The notes beneath the pieces are model-generated. The model did no database searches. It was not told where the DNA came from and saw nothing but the letters and a program-made list of their open reading frames with translations. DNA of 64,000 nucleotides from an uncultured Heliomicrobium sp. Its GTDB lineage: Bacteria; Acidobacteriota; Blastocatellia; RBC074. Of this stretch, positions 39,678-50,212 are shown piece by piece. The translations under genes and the position numbers were made by a program. The stretch covers positions 81,050-145,049 of the forward strand of contig CAYYDG010000002.1 in assembly GCA_964470555.1 (NCBI GenBank), read 5' to 3'. Each line of letters opens with the position of its first letter. Position 1 is the stretch's first letter.

Positions 39678-40400
39678 ATGCGAAATCGAATCATTGCAGT
39701 CACAGCTTTTCTGGTTTTGCTCGTGTCAGGGCTGGCGTCGGTTACCAGAGCCAACGACATCGAACAGGCGTTTGAACGTGGTAACGAAGCGTTTCGGTTG
39801 AGCGCTTACGAACGCGCAATTTTTGAATACCGACTTGCGCTGAACTGGCCGGGACAACACGAAGCGCGCGCTCATTACAACATCGGCGTCTGTCATCACA
39901 AACTCGGGCGATTGACTGAAGCCGTCGTCGAATACCGCAAGGCGATCAAAGGTCAATCGGGCAAATACCCGCTGGCTTCCTACGCATTGGGAATTGCGCT
40001 GCAATCGTTGCGAAAACATGACGAAGCGCGCGCGGCATTCGCGCAGGCCGTCGAAAGTTCTGGCGGCAAACACGCAGAAGCTTTGTTTGAACTTGGACTG
40101 TACGCCCAAGCCAATGGCGAGCTACAAACAGCGGCAGAGTATTACCAGCGTTCGATCAAACAATCGAAACATTCGACTCCGGCTTCACACAACAATCTGG
40201 GTGTGATTCTGGCGTTGTTCGGACAAACGGACGATGCGGTTCGAGAATTTGAAATCGCAATGGTGGTCTCGCGCGGCAAGTTCGATGAAGCGCGGCACAA
40301 TCTCTCACTTTGCCATCGGTTCAGGACAACGAAAGCTTCGATGCTGATTGCAGACTTGAAAACAGCAGACAATCCGGCTCGACTGACTGTTGCAAACTAA
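39678..40400 (+). CDS. tetratricopeptide repeat (TPR) protein, secreted
   Basis: Start at ATG 39678 (RBS aaggaggg) with a signal peptide. About 5 TPR-like A..Y..A repeats. The longer track ORF from 39033 has an Arg-rich, non-protein-like N-terminus. Confidence 0.7.
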   Translation: MRNRIIAVTAFLVLLVSGLASVTRANDIEQAFERGNEAFRLSAYERAIFEYRLALNWPGQHEARAHYNIGVCHHKLGRLTEAVVEYRKAIKGQSGKYPLASYALGIALQSLRKHDEARAAFAQAVESSGGKHAEALFELGLYAQANGELQTAAEYYQRSIKQSKHSTPASHNNLGVILALFGQTDDAVREFEIAMVVSRGKFDEARHNLSLCHRFRTTKASMLIADLKTADNPARLTVAN

Positions 40401-40430
40401 AGGCGAGAATCGAATATAGGCAATTGCAGG

Positions 40431-40468
40431 CGGCGTAAAGTCTTGTGCTAGACTACGCCGCCTTTTCG
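40431..40468 (+). terminator. rho-independent terminator after TPR gene
   Basis: gcggcgta-...-tacgccgcc hairpin followed by TTTTCGC. Confidence 0.6.
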
Positions 40469-40502
40469 CAATCATCCAAACATCAGTTCAGGAGTCACAC
40501 TC

Positions 40503-41045
40503 ATGACGTTTCATACTATTGCCGACATTCTGTCGGAAAACGAACGCTCGCACGAACGATTGATCGCCGGAATTTCCGGCATCAATGACGCGCAGGCGAA
40601 TTTTCGGCCATCAGCAGACGAATGGACGATTGCTGAAATCGTCGAGCATTTGAACATCGTCAATGGAGGCTTTCTTCGCATTACCTCCAAGCTGCTCAAA
40701 CAGGCGGAAGCCAATCCGAAACCGGCACCGGCGGATTTGAATTTGGGCGGCGTAATCGTTGATGCCGACGGCAATCCGGCGCCGAAGTTTCAAGCGCCGG
40801 AAATGGTTCGTCCGAAAGGCGGAGTCGCGATTGCGAATGCCATCGCCGGTTTGGAAACGACCCTGGCAGGGTTTGCGGAGCTTCAATCGCGGCTGGAAGC
40901 AGTGGATTTGTCCGGGCAGAGTTTTCCGCATCCGGTTGCCGGATCGCTCAGCGCCTATCAATGGATGATTTTGCTGGCCGAACATTCCGACCGTCATTTG
41001 GGACAGATCGGTCGCATCAAAGCGGCGGATGGTTTTCCGGTTTAA
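40503..41045 (+). CDS. DinB/YfiT-family (DinB_2) metal-dependent protein
   Basis: WTIAEIVEHL and C-terminal His-containing helices (HSDRHLGQI), typical of the DinB_2 four-helix bundle. Confidence 0.7.
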   Translation: MTFHTIADILSENERSHERLIAGISGINDAQANFRPSADEWTIAEIVEHLNIVNGGFLRITSKLLKQAEANPKPAPADLNLGGVIVDADGNPAPKFQAPEMVRPKGGVAIANAIAGLETTLAGFAELQSRLEAVDLSGQSFPHPVAGSLSAYQWMILLAEHSDRHLGQIGRIKAADGFPV

Positions 41046-41054
41046 TCGCAGAAG

Positions 41055-43202
41055 TTATTTTGACTGATCGGCGTTCAAGCTGCGTAACAACAAGTCAAAA
41101 ATTACTCTCAACTCGCCTTCGCGTTCATTGCCGCGTTCGTCAAATTTGCTGTATCCGACAAAGACTTTTCGGCGACAGCGTTTCAGCAATCCGGTGACCA
41201 CGCGCAGCAAAATATCCCGCGAAGTTTGTTGTTCGTGAATTTCCGTCCAGATTTGGCCGAGCGGCCATTGGCGACTCAGCACGTAAGGCTGTGTGAGCGG
41301 TTGCTGCAATCGCCGCGTCCATGCTGGGCTGTCAATGTTCAGCCAGAATTGATACTCCGCCGGTTGGTTGCTGAGCAAAAACGTGTACGCCGGAGCTATC
41401 AACACAGCATTCGGCGACTTCTTCCAATCCTTCGGTTCGTATTGATCGGCCAGAATTCCCGCATCCACCATTCGCACATACTCCTGACCGCTGTCGGTTT
41501 CCGGTTCGATCTGGCTGAGCGTCTGGCGAAATGCGCGTGACGAATCAATCAGATTGGCGATGATGCGCGCTTCGTCAAAGGCTTCCTGTTCGGCGCTGCG
41601 TCTTTTGGGCAAATGAAAACCGAAGCCCTTTTGCGAAAGCACTTCACCAAACAACCGGCTGAAAAATAAATCTATTGGTTCGCCTGCCGACGCTTTGTAC
41701 GTTTCCAGCCAATCTACCAGCTTGTCGAATCGTTCGCCGAAAATTTCGGAAATGCGTTGGCGCATTTCGGGATTTTTGGTGACTTCGCGGAAGGGAAGCA
41801 GTTTGCCGCCGACAAAGCGCATTTCGCCGAGCAACGTCGCACGCGCCAAATCCATTTCGGAAATGACGCTCAGCAGCATTTGAATCACGTCGAACTTTTT
41901 GACTTGATGCTGCGGTTCGATTTGCCAATTGGTATGGGCCAGTTTGGCCAGCGTGACCAGCGCGCGCACTGCGGGTTCGGCGTGCAGCGGACGCGAAGGC
42001 CGCAAGGTGTAGGTCGTTATGCCTTTTTCTTCCAACCGAGACACGAGCGAAAACCGTAACGAATCGCTCAGCAGCGGAGCCAGAATCACAATCTGATTTT
42101 GTTTGACGCCTTCGTCGTGAATCAGCCGCGCGACGGATTCGGCCACCCAATCCACCATCTGCGTGTGAAAGCGACTGTGCGAAGAGGGCGTGAACTCAAA
42201 CGCTGCGCGCGCGTCCGCTTTGGATTTCGGCTCAGGTTCATCCGTCATGATTTCGCGCAATTCGGCCAACAAAGCCTGAACAGGAGGCGACATGACGCGC
42301 GTCGTTTCCAGTTCATGACGCACATCGCAAACTTCGGCCAATTCCCGCGCGCTGGTTTCGTCCGCGCCGAGGAAACGACGATAGCTGGCGTCCTTGTCAA
42401 AAATCACCATCGCCGATTGGCAAACCGTCAGCCAATCGCGTAGCAATTCGTGCGTGACCGGCGTGTCTTCTTCGATGTTGTCGGCGATGACGTGTTGGTA
42501 ACGGCGTGTCAGATATGCGCGCGCCACGTCGTGTCGCCACAAATGATTGGCGAACAACGACACCTGCAACGAAAAATCCAGCAAACGATTTTCAACGCAA
42601 TACTGACGAAAGAGATTGGCGCAGACTTGCGCGTCTTCAAAAATGTGCAGCCGTTCGGCATCGCCCGGCAACGCGGTTTTCAACCGTTCGGCAATCGAAG
42701 TGTGCGGAAACCCGACCAGAGACGATTTGTTCAGGTTGTCGGCCAGTTGGCTGAATAACCGGGCGCGCGCGATGGTCACGCTGTTGAAATAATCCTTCTG
42801 CTCGATTTCGGGTTCGAGCAGTTTGAACATCAGATACTGAATCAGTTCAGACGATAGAAATCTGGGATGGCGAAACGGATCGTCCTGGCTAAGTTCTTCA
42901 GCAATCAGCGGCCAAAACAAACTGACAATTTGATGCGACAAACTGCCGAGCGTGGCAATGGTGACTTCGGCGCCGGCTCGGCGACGAGGATTGCGAATTT
43001 CCGCCAGGTAAGGCAGCGCCAGTCGTTTTTGCGGAACCAGCACCAGGATCGAATGCGCCGACACGTCGGATTCGAGCAAATGTCGCAATCGCCGCACGCC
43101 GATTGTGGTTTTGCCAGTGCCCGCCACGCCGCTCAAAAAAATTTTGGCGTCGAGCGGCAAACCGACAATCTCTTCCTGTTTTTTCGTGAGTCGAATACTC
43201 AT
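41055..43202 (-). CDS. UvrD-like superfamily I helicase family protein (divergent)
   Basis: N-terminal LTKKQEEIV...FLSGVAGTGKTTIGVRRLRHLL matches the UvrD N-terminus and Walker A. 715 aa. Later motifs are divergent (RVVTGLLKRCRRKVFVGY in place of VGITRA). Confidence 0.55.
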   Translation of the reverse strand: MSIRLTKKQEEIVGLPLDAKIFLSGVAGTGKTTIGVRRLRHLLESDVSAHSILVLVPQKRLALPYLAEIRNPRRRAGAEVTIATLGSLSHQIVSLFWPLIAEELSQDDPFRHPRFLSSELIQYLMFKLLEPEIEQKDYFNSVTIARARLFSQLADNLNKSSLVGFPHTSIAERLKTALPGDAERLHIFEDAQVCANLFRQYCVENRLLDFSLQVSLFANHLWRHDVARAYLTRRYQHVIADNIEEDTPVTHELLRDWLTVCQSAMVIFDKDASYRRFLGADETSARELAEVCDVRHELETTRVMSPPVQALLAELREIMTDEPEPKSKADARAAFEFTPSSHSRFHTQMVDWVAESVARLIHDEGVKQNQIVILAPLLSDSLRFSLVSRLEEKGITTYTLRPSRPLHAEPAVRALVTLAKLAHTNWQIEPQHQVKKFDVIQMLLSVISEMDLARATLLGEMRFVGGKLLPFREVTKNPEMRQRISEIFGERFDKLVDWLETYKASAGEPIDLFFSRLFGEVLSQKGFGFHLPKRRSAEQEAFDEARIIANLIDSSRAFRQTLSQIEPETDSGQEYVRMVDAGILADQYEPKDWKKSPNAVLIAPAYTFLLSNQPAEYQFWLNIDSPAWTRRLQQPLTQPYVLSRQWPLGQIWTEIHEQQTSRDILLRVVTGLLKRCRRKVFVGYSKFDERGNEREGELRVIFDLLLRSLNADQSK

Positions 43203-43300
43203 TCAAATTTCAATGGCTGTGGAGAAATCGGAACCACAAAATGCACAAACGGGGCGGAGGTTTTGTGTCTTTTGTGCTTTTTGTGGTTTCTTTTTTCTGT

Positions 43301-43937
43301 TTAGAAGCCACGGTGCCGATTGACCATCGCCACAGCTTCTGTGGCCAATCGTTTTACTTCAGCAAAATCGCCCGCTTCGAACAATTCCGGTTTGACCATC
43401 CAGCTTCCGCCGCAGGCTACGACTTGCGGCAGCGCCAGATACTGGCCGATGTTTTTCGCATCAATGCCGCCGGTGGGAATGAAGCGAACTTGTCTGTACG
43501 GAGCGCAGATCGCTTTCAGAAAGTTCACGCCGCCCGCCGGTTCTGCCGGGAAAAATTTCAACACGTCCACGCCTTTGGACAGATTCAGTTCGACTTCGCT
43601 GGGAGTGCAAACTCCGGGAAAGATTGTTACGCCTTTGGCCAGACAAAACTCCACCGTCGTCGGATTGGTTCCGGGCGAAACGATGAACTGCGCTCCGGCA
43701 TCCATCGCCCGTTGAGCTTGTTCCGTCGTCAGCACCGTTCCGGCTCCGAGCAGTAGGTCGGGAAATCGTTTGCTGATTTGCTCAATCGCTTCTGCCGCCG
43801 CCGCCGTGCGAAAGGTGATTTCCGCGCAAGGCAATCCGCCCGCGAGCAGGCTTTCCGCCAGCGGCAACGCGTGTTCCAGTTTGGGAAGCGCGACGACAGG
43901 AATGATGCCGAGTTTCCGCGCGCGTTCGACGATGCTC
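43301..43937 (-). CDS. eda: KDPG / 4-hydroxy-2-oxoglutarate aldolase
   Basis: Near-colinear with E. coli Eda (GIIPVV...LE..LP...AGGL...E.TFRT..A...I, GAGTVL, FKFFPAE..GG, RF.PTGGI). A probable TTG start at 43937 gives 212 aa. The track ORF extends to ATG 44020. Confidence 0.85.
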
Positions 43938-44043
43938 AAGTTTGCGACTCCAAAAAAAGAATTTGGGAAAGGAAAGGCATCATAGGGGAAGCCCGCATTT
44001 GCGACAAGAAGCGATTCCACCAGCGTCGGCTATAATCCGCTCT

Positions 44044-44994
44044 ATGACCAACGATTCATTCACGATCATCAAACCGGTCAGGCTCAACGCGGGCGATACT
44101 GTTGCCGTCGTCGCTCCGGCCAGCAATCTGAAAGCGGATTATCTGGCGCGCGGCGTTGCCGAACTGGAACGGCTGGGCTTTCGCGTCAAACATCGCGCGG
44201 ACATTCTGGACAAAGCGCGTTACACGGCGGGCAGCGACCAGCGTCGCGCGGACGAATTGATGGAAGCCTTCGCCGATCCCGAAATTAAAGCCGTATGGGC
44301 GGCGCGCGGAGGTTACGGTGTGATGCGGTTGTTGCCGTTGCTGGACGAAGTCGTGTTGCGCGCCAATCCGAAAGTCCTGATCGGGTACAGCGATCTGACT
44401 GCATTGCATTTGTATCTCTATCGGCGATTCGGTTGGGTGACGTTTCACGGCCCGATGGCCGCGAAAGATTTGGCTTCAGGCGAAGAGCATTACGACCGCA
44501 AAACCTTGCTGGCGGCGCTGATGCAAGCTCAGCCAATGGGCGAACTCAAATCGTCGAAAACTGAAATGCTGCATAGAGGCTCAGGCCAGCCGGTCAGCGG
44601 GCGATTGCTGGGCGGATGTTTGTCGCTGATTGCCGCGATGATGGGAACGCCAGACGAATTGGATACGCGCGGAGCTATTTTGTTTCTGGAAGACACCGGC
44701 ACGCGGCCTTACGCGATTGACCGAATGTTGCAGCAACTGCGGCTGGCAGGGAAATTCGATGAAGTTCGCGGAATCGTGTTTGGCGAAATGACGGATTGCG
44801 CGCAGCACGCGGATCAGGGCTATTCGATTCAGGATGTTCTGGCGGAATGCACGGCTGATTTGGGAGTGCCTGTGATGTTCGGATTGCCGAGCGGTCACAG
44901 TCCGAAAGGAAATTTGACCTTGCCGCTCGGCGTGACGGCGACGCTGGAGGCCAAGCGCTGTGTGTTAAGTATTGATGAAGCTTCAGTCCGGTAA
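44044..44994 (+). CDS. LD-carboxypeptidase (S66 family, muramoyl-tetrapeptide carboxypeptidase)
   Basis: Start at MTNDSF (ATG 44044). [20 protein letters not shown] and C-terminal His-containing blocks, typical of LdcA. Confidence 0.85.
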   Translation: MTNDSFTIIKPVRLNAGDTVAVVAPASNLKADYLARGVAELERLGFRVKHRADILDKARYTAGSDQRRADELMEAFADPEIKAVWAARGGYGVMRLLPLLDEVVLRANPKVLIGYSDLTALHLYLYRRFGWVTFHGPMAAKDLASGEEHYDRKTLLAALMQAQPMGELKSSKTEMLHRGSGQPVSGRLLGGCLSLIAAMMGTPDELDTRGAILFLEDTGTRPYAIDRMLQQLRLAGKFDEVRGIVFGEMTDCAQHADQGYSIQDVLAECTADLGVPVMFGLPSGHSPKGNLTLPLGVTATLEAKRCVLSIDEASVR

Positions 44995-45000
44995 ACAAAT

Positions 45001-45038
45001 GGGAGATAGGGAAACCATCAACAGCCTCTCTATCTCCC
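45001..45038. terminator. bidirectional hairpin between convergent genes
   Basis: gggagatag-...-ctatctccc, a 9-bp perfect stem between the ldcA-like gene (+) and the 45066 gene (-). Confidence 0.4.
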
Positions 45039-45065
45039 ATCTTCGGAGTTCTATTTCCCAAAGGG

Positions 45066-46130
45066 TTACCAGCGAATCACAACTTTGAACGAGCCTTTGT
45101 TATCGCGCACGAAATCGTCGTTGATGCCCAGCCACAAACGGCCATATTCGCCAGGTTCCGAAGATGGATTGCCTTGCGGGCCAATTAAGACAAAATTGGA
45201 GTCGCGGCCATCACGATAACGAATCTTGCCGATCAATGCGCCTACTCCGGCTTCAGGGACTGGATAAGTTGAAGTGCGGACTTTGGCGTTCTGGTTGCCT
45301 TCGGGGCGGGCATAGGCGCGATTGCCGATTTCGATTTCGCCTTCTGCCGTGATCTCGAATGTCATGTTTGGTTCGACATCAATGCCAGTGTCTGTCCATT
45401 GTTGAGTTGCCAAAACCATGACGGTTTTTTCCTTGCCTTGTCGCGGGTAGCCGCTGTTACCGCTGATGTCGCCGCGATAATTGCGATCCACCGATACCGT
45501 CACGCGAAAGTTTCCGCGAGCATTGGCGGTTTCCCAATGGTTGACGGTGAAATACAGCATGCCGTCGTTTTCGGCGACAAACTCGACTCCGCGTCCGATG
45601 AAAACCGGCGGTGAATTCACGTCCTGACCAATGGCGGCAATCAATGCGCCGTCGTTGGCATCCGGCATCGGAGCGTCAGGATCGCGACGGCCATTCAATC
45701 CATCGGGGCCGGTTTGGGTGCGACCTTCCAGCGTGACCGTTCCGGTCGCTTCGACATGCACCAGGTTGCCGCGGGCGACCTGAATGTTGGAGCGAATCCA
45801 TTTTTCTTCCAATTGAACATTGAAGGCCGGGAATCTTTCCCATTGTGTGTTGCCGGCGCCGGGTTGATTGTTATCGCGCGATGGCGGGCCGGGACGACCC
45901 GGATCCGGTTGATTGCTTGCAACTGTGTCGCGTTCGATGACAAGTCGGTCTACTTCCGTCGGACGGAACCTCAGCCGGTTTCCGTTGGTCAGTTCAAAAG
46001 TGAATTGACCATTTTCAAAACCAACGAACGTACCTTTCAACACGCTGCCATTTTTCAAATAGAGCGTGTCTGCCAGCGCAACGCCCGCCAGCAAAGTGAT
46101 CAAAGCAAGAATCGCTAAAATTTTTCGCAT
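45066..46130 (-). CDS. secreted hypothetical protein
   Basis: Start at [20 protein letters not shown] (ATG 46130) with a signal peptide. Beta-rich. The upstream in-frame extension in the track is unlikely. Confidence 0.5.
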   Translation of the reverse strand: MRKILAILALITLLAGVALADTLYLKNGSVLKGTFVGFENGQFTFELTNGNRLRFRPTEVDRLVIERDTVASNQPDPGRPGPPSRDNNQPGAGNTQWERFPAFNVQLEEKWIRSNIQVARGNLVHVEATGTVTLEGRTQTGPDGLNGRRDPDAPMPDANDGALIAAIGQDVNSPPVFIGRGVEFVAENDGMLYFTVNHWETANARGNFRVTVSVDRNYRGDISGNSGYPRQGKEKTVMVLATQQWTDTGIDVEPNMTFEITAEGEIEIGNRAYARPEGNQNAKVRTSTYPVPEAGVGALIGKIRYRDGRDSNFVLIGPQGNPSSEPGEYGRLWLGINDDFVRDNKGSFKVVIRW

Positions 46131-46313
46131 AGCTTTTCGTTTCGTCGTCGGTGAATTTGGTTTGCACGAACGACGAGACACCTCCTGTTGATTGGTTGAA
46201 CTCACTTTTTGTGGGAAAAGCGGTCGCAGTATAGCACGCGCCTTTGAGTTTCAACGGCTCGGCAAATAAACTCCGCGTCTGTCGTCATACCTCAAATTAT
46301 TTTCGGAGACCGG

Positions 46314-47408
46314 ATGAACAAAAGCAGATTCTTACAGGGCAAACGCATTGCGCCGACGCCCATCACCAAAGACACCACGCTGGTGCAACTGATCGAAACA
46401 ACGTTTCAGGCTTACAACGCCGCACGATTGCGCGAAGGCGCGCAGTTGTTTGCCGAACGCATGCTCGGCGAAGACGTGACCGTCGGGTTGACGTTGACCG
46501 GCGCATTGACGCCCGCGGGCTTGGGCATTTCAACGATCATTCCATTGATCGAAGCCGGGTTTGTGGATTGGATCATTTCCACCGGAGCCAACCTTTACCA
46601 CGACACGCATTTCGGTTTGGGGTTGGCCATGCATCGCGGCAACGCGCAAATCAGCGACGTGACTTTGCGCGAAGAAGGCGTCGTTCGCATTTACGACATC
46701 TTTTTCGATTACGAAGTGCTGCTTTCGACCGACGCCTTTTTCCGCGAAATCATCCGCGCCCCGGAGTTCCAGCGTGAAATGTCCACCGCCGAATTTCACT
46801 ACCTGTGCGGTAAATACGTCGCTGAACGCGAGCGCGTGCTGGGCCTGAAAAATCAATCTGTCTTGTCAGCGGCGTACACGCACGGAGTTCCTGTGTACAC
46901 GTCTTCGCCGGGCGATAGCTCCATTGGCATGAACGTCGCCGCGATGGAATTGCAGGGCGGCAAACTGCGCCTGAATCCGTCTGCTGACGTGAATGAAACG
47001 GCTGCCATCGTTCTATCTGCCAAGCGTGGCGGAGGGAAATCTGCCATCTTCATTGCGGGAGGCGGCAGCCCGAAAAACTTCGCGTTGCAAACCGAACCGC
47101 AGATTCAGGAAGTGCTCGGCATCGAAGAAAAAGGCCACGATTTCTTTTTGCAGATTACCGATGCCCGCCCAGACACCGGCGGGTTGAGCGGCGCGACGCC
47201 CAGCGAAGCCGTCAGTTGGGGCAAAATTGATCCTGACCAATTGCCCGGCACGGTGGTGTGTTATGTGGATTCGACGGTTGCCTTGCCGCTGATTACCGCT
47301 TACGCCATGGCCAAACACGAACCGCGCCCGCTGAAACGGTTGTATGATCGCCGCGACGAGATGATGAACTTGCTCAAGAGCGAGTATGAAAAATCAGAGC
47401 GGAAATAA
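46314..47408 (+). CDS. deoxyhypusine synthase family protein
   Basis: [11 protein letters not shown] and GGGSPKNF Rossmann-like blocks, characteristic of the DHS/homospermidine-synthase-like family. Confidence 0.75.
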   Translation: MNKSRFLQGKRIAPTPITKDTTLVQLIETTFQAYNAARLREGAQLFAERMLGEDVTVGLTLTGALTPAGLGISTIIPLIEAGFVDWIISTGANLYHDTHFGLGLAMHRGNAQISDVTLREEGVVRIYDIFFDYEVLLSTDAFFREIIRAPEFQREMSTAEFHYLCGKYVAERERVLGLKNQSVLSAAYTHGVPVYTSSPGDSSIGMNVAAMELQGGKLRLNPSADVNETAAIVLSAKRGGGKSAIFIAGGGSPKNFALQTEPQIQEVLGIEEKGHDFFLQITDARPDTGGLSGATPSEAVSWGKIDPDQLPGTVVCYVDSTVALPLITAYAMAKHEPRPLKRLYDRRDEMMNLLKSEYEKSERK

Positions 47409-47997
47409 GAATGCTGCGCAATCGTTTTCGCTGCCGGATGCCGAAGTCGCGTTGTTTTCGGAATTCTTTTCGCCGGCAGAAAGCGATCAGTTGTTCGCCA
47501 GGTTGTTGGCGAACACGCAATGGGGACAGGGCGAGATCAAACTATATGGCAAGTTTCATCCTGAACCTCGTTTGACTGCCTGGCACGGCGACGAAGGCAA
47601 GCAGTACAGCTATTCCGGGTTGACGTTGCATCCGTTGCCGTGGACGGAAACCTTGCTGACGATCAAAACGCGCGTGGACGAAGCGGCGGGTGTGACGTTC
47701 AACAGCGTGCTTTTGAATCTTTACCGCGACGGACGAGACAGCAACGGATGGCATCAGGATAACGAACCCGAATTGGGGCGGAATCCCGTCATTGCTTCGG
47801 TCAGTTTGGGTGCGACGCGCCGGTTTCAGATGCGCCACAAACGACGCGCGGATTTGCCCCGGTTGGATATTGATCTGGAACACGGCAGTTTGTTGCTGAT
47901 GGCCGGACCGACGCAGCATTTCTGGCAGCATCAAATTCCCAAAACGGCCAAACCCGTGGGACAACGAATCAATCTTACGTTTCGAGTGATTGGCTGA
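47386..47997 (+). CDS. alkB: alpha-ketoglutarate-dependent dioxygenase AlkB (2OG-Fe(II) oxygenase)
   Basis: [19 protein letters not shown]...H (HxD...H triad) and R.NLTFR. Overlaps the DHS-like gene by 23 nt. Confidence 0.8.
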   Translation: MKNQSGNKNAAQSFSLPDAEVALFSEFFSPAESDQLFARLLANTQWGQGEIKLYGKFHPEPRLTAWHGDEGKQYSYSGLTLHPLPWTETLLTIKTRVDEAAGVTFNSVLLNLYRDGRDSNGWHQDNEPELGRNPVIASVSLGATRRFQMRHKRRADLPRLDIDLEHGSLLLMAGPTQHFWQHQIPKTAKPVGQRINLTFRVIG

Positions 47998-50125
47998 TTC
48001 TGCAACTTTCAATCTGATCGCAGACTTCCTGAACATAATGACTCTGCTGACGGCCACGTCTTGTTCGCTGTTTATGTTGGCTCCGCCTGCCGCCTCGCCT
48101 CCTGTTTTATTGCCTTATGACATTTTGAAGCTGGTCGGTTTTGCCACCGGAGCGGCGCTGCATCTGTATCTGTGCTGGATGATTCTGAACCGTTACGGCA
48201 TTCGTCAGGTCGAACGTTCGTTGCTGGGATTGGGTGGCAGCATAGGGTTGTGGCATCTGGGAAACTTTGCCGGGACGATTCACCAGATGTTGTTCGAAGA
48301 CGCGCGGGCGTTGTGGTGGTTGCGGCTGGCGGATTCGTTGGCTTATGTCGCGTTGGCGTTTTTGCCTCCGACGCTGGCTCACGCGCATCTGAGAATCTGG
48401 GGGTGGTTTGACAACCGCGCGCCGCAACGAATTTTCAGACCGTTGATTGTGATGGGTTATGTTCCGCTGGTTTCGTTACCGTGGGTATTGGTCAAATTAT
48501 GGAGCGAACCATACCAGCCGCCGATGGAAAAGCTGGCGCTGTTGCTACTGCCTTTCATTTTGTGGATCGTGTTTGTGTTTGGCGAATGCGCGGCGATTGA
48601 TTGGCGGTTGTCGCGCGTTTGGCAGTCGGCGCGTGAACGGCGTTTTTTTGAAGTCTTCGGCGCGACGCTGGCGGGCATCGGCGCCTTGTTTTTGCTGACG
48701 TATGTGTTCGGCGCGCGGCATTGGCCGGGAATTGGCAAGTATTTCGATCTGATCGCCAAACTGTCTTCGCTCGCGCCGACGGCAATCGTGGCTTATTACA
48801 TTTACCGTTATCGCTATTTGGAACTCGTCATTCGGCAAAGCTTCGTGTATGCAGTGCTGGCCGTCATCGTCCTGATGGTTTATCTGTACGGCATCCGGCG
48901 ATTTGGCCTTGCGCTGCAAGCGCGGTATGAACTGCGCGCTGATGTGGTCGAAGCGTTGTTGATTCTGGTGGTGCTGGTTTTGGCCGCGCCGTTGCGCCGA
49001 GCGGTCGAACATTACCTGAAAAAACTGTTCACCACAGAAGTCGGTTTGTACCGTGATCTGGTGGCGCAAGTCGGAGCGGAAGCGTCGAGTTACGGCGAAT
49101 TGGCGCATTTCATCGTTTTCGCTGAACGCCGTTTGCGCGAAGCGTTGTCGCTGGATGAAGTCAAAATCGTCGCTGTAACTCACGCCAACGCCGACGAAGC
49201 TGAAGCCTGTCGCGCAGCCGAAGCCGGGCAGTTGACAGAAATCGAACAGATGCCCTTGCTGGAACCGTTGCACGCGCTGGCGTGTTATCCGCTCTGGCGC
49301 GAAGGCCGCGTGGTTGGATTGATGATTGTGCGCGGCAATCCGCAATTGCTGACATCGGAAAAACGCGAAGTGCTGGCTGTGCTGGCCGGGCACATCGCCG
49401 TCGCGGTGGAAAACTGCCAGTTGCTGGAAGAAAAAGTTAAGCTCGAACGCGAACTTGCCGAACGCGAACGTCTGGCTTCGCTCGGACAAATGGCTGCGAC
49501 CGTCGCGCACGAAGTCAAGAACCCCTTGTCGGCGATCAAATCCATCACGCAGGTCATGCGCGAAGACGAACTGGTCAGCCGCGAATACGCCCGGGATCTG
49601 GATTTAATCACCGGCGAAGTGGATCGGTTGAATCGCAGCGTTTCGCAGTTGCTCAGCTTTTCTCGGCCATCCGCGGTTGCCGCCGCGCCCGCCAGCTTGA
49701 GCGAAATTGTCGAAAGCGTATTGACGCTGACGCGCGCCGAAGCCGAACAGCGATTGGTGAAAATCAGCGTTGATCTGAAAGCCGATCCGCAATTCGACGG
49801 CGAACGAACCGCTGCGTTGAAAGAGGTTTTGCTCAACCTGACGCTCAACGCCGTGCAGGCCATCAACGCCGAAGGCGAAGTCCGAATCGAAAGCGAAAAG
49901 TCCGACGACAAACTGCGAATTTCCGTCACTGACAACGGCGCAGGCATCGCCGCCGACCAGCGGGAAAAAATCTTCGAGCCGTTTTTTACCACCAAACAGC
50001 GCGGAACCGGATTGGGCTTGGCGATTGTCGCGCGGCGCGTGCGCGAATTGGGCGGCGATGTTTCTGTCGTCAGCCCAATCACCGAAAATCGTGGCACAAA
50101 GTTTGTTGTAAGTTTGCCGCTGTGA
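47990..50125 (+). CDS. sensor histidine kinase with N-terminal multi-TM sensor domain
   Basis: About 7 N-terminal TM helices. HisKA H-box (ASLGQMAATVAHEVKNPLSAIKSI). HATPase_c N/G boxes (LNLTLNAVQA, DNGAGI, GTGLGLAIV). The 47990 start is TTG. An ATG at 48038 is an alternative. Confidence 0.85.
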   Translation: MADSATFNLIADFLNIMTLLTATSCSLFMLAPPAASPPVLLPYDILKLVGFATGAALHLYLCWMILNRYGIRQVERSLLGLGGSIGLWHLGNFAGTIHQMLFEDARALWWLRLADSLAYVALAFLPPTLAHAHLRIWGWFDNRAPQRIFRPLIVMGYVPLVSLPWVLVKLWSEPYQPPMEKLALLLLPFILWIVFVFGECAAIDWRLSRVWQSARERRFFEVFGATLAGIGALFLLTYVFGARHWPGIGKYFDLIAKLSSLAPTAIVAYYIYRYRYLELVIRQSFVYAVLAVIVLMVYLYGIRRFGLALQARYELRADVVEALLILVVLVLAAPLRRAVEHYLKKLFTTEVGLYRDLVAQVGAEASSYGELAHFIVFAERRLREALSLDEVKIVAVTHANADEAEACRAAEAGQLTEIEQMPLLEPLHALACYPLWREGRVVGLMIVRGNPQLLTSEKREVLAVLAGHIAVAVENCQLLEEKVKLERELAERERLASLGQMAATVAHEVKNPLSAIKSITQVMREDELVSREYARDLDLITGEVDRLNRSVSQLLSFSRPSAVAAAPASLSEIVESVLTLTRAEAEQRLVKISVDLKADPQFDGERTAALKEVLLNLTLNAVQAINAEGEVRIESEKSDDKLRISVTDNGAGIAADQREKIFEPFFTTKQRGTGLGLAIVARRVRELGGDVSVVSPITENRGTKFVVSLPL

Positions 50126-50170
50126 TTTATTGGCGGCGCGAAAGCGAAAAAGGAGGCTTCGCGCTTTTCT

Positions 50171-50203
50171 TACCGCAGGCGAGACGCCTGCGTTCCCAGC
50201 GTG
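50171..50203. repeat. REP-like repeat family 2 (GCAGGCG-nGA-CGCCTGCG-YTCCCAGC), copy 1
   Basis: taccgcaggcgagacgcctgcgttcccagcgtg. Similar copies at 51695..51733 (inverted) and 51775..51812. Confidence 0.55.
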
Positions 50204-50212
50204 AAGGTTTTT

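Noticed and set aside
50088-50103. Sigma-54-like TGGCAC-N5-TTGT upstream of the regulator gene
   Set aside because: The -12 element lacks the GC dinucleotide, and the site is inside the kinase coding sequence.
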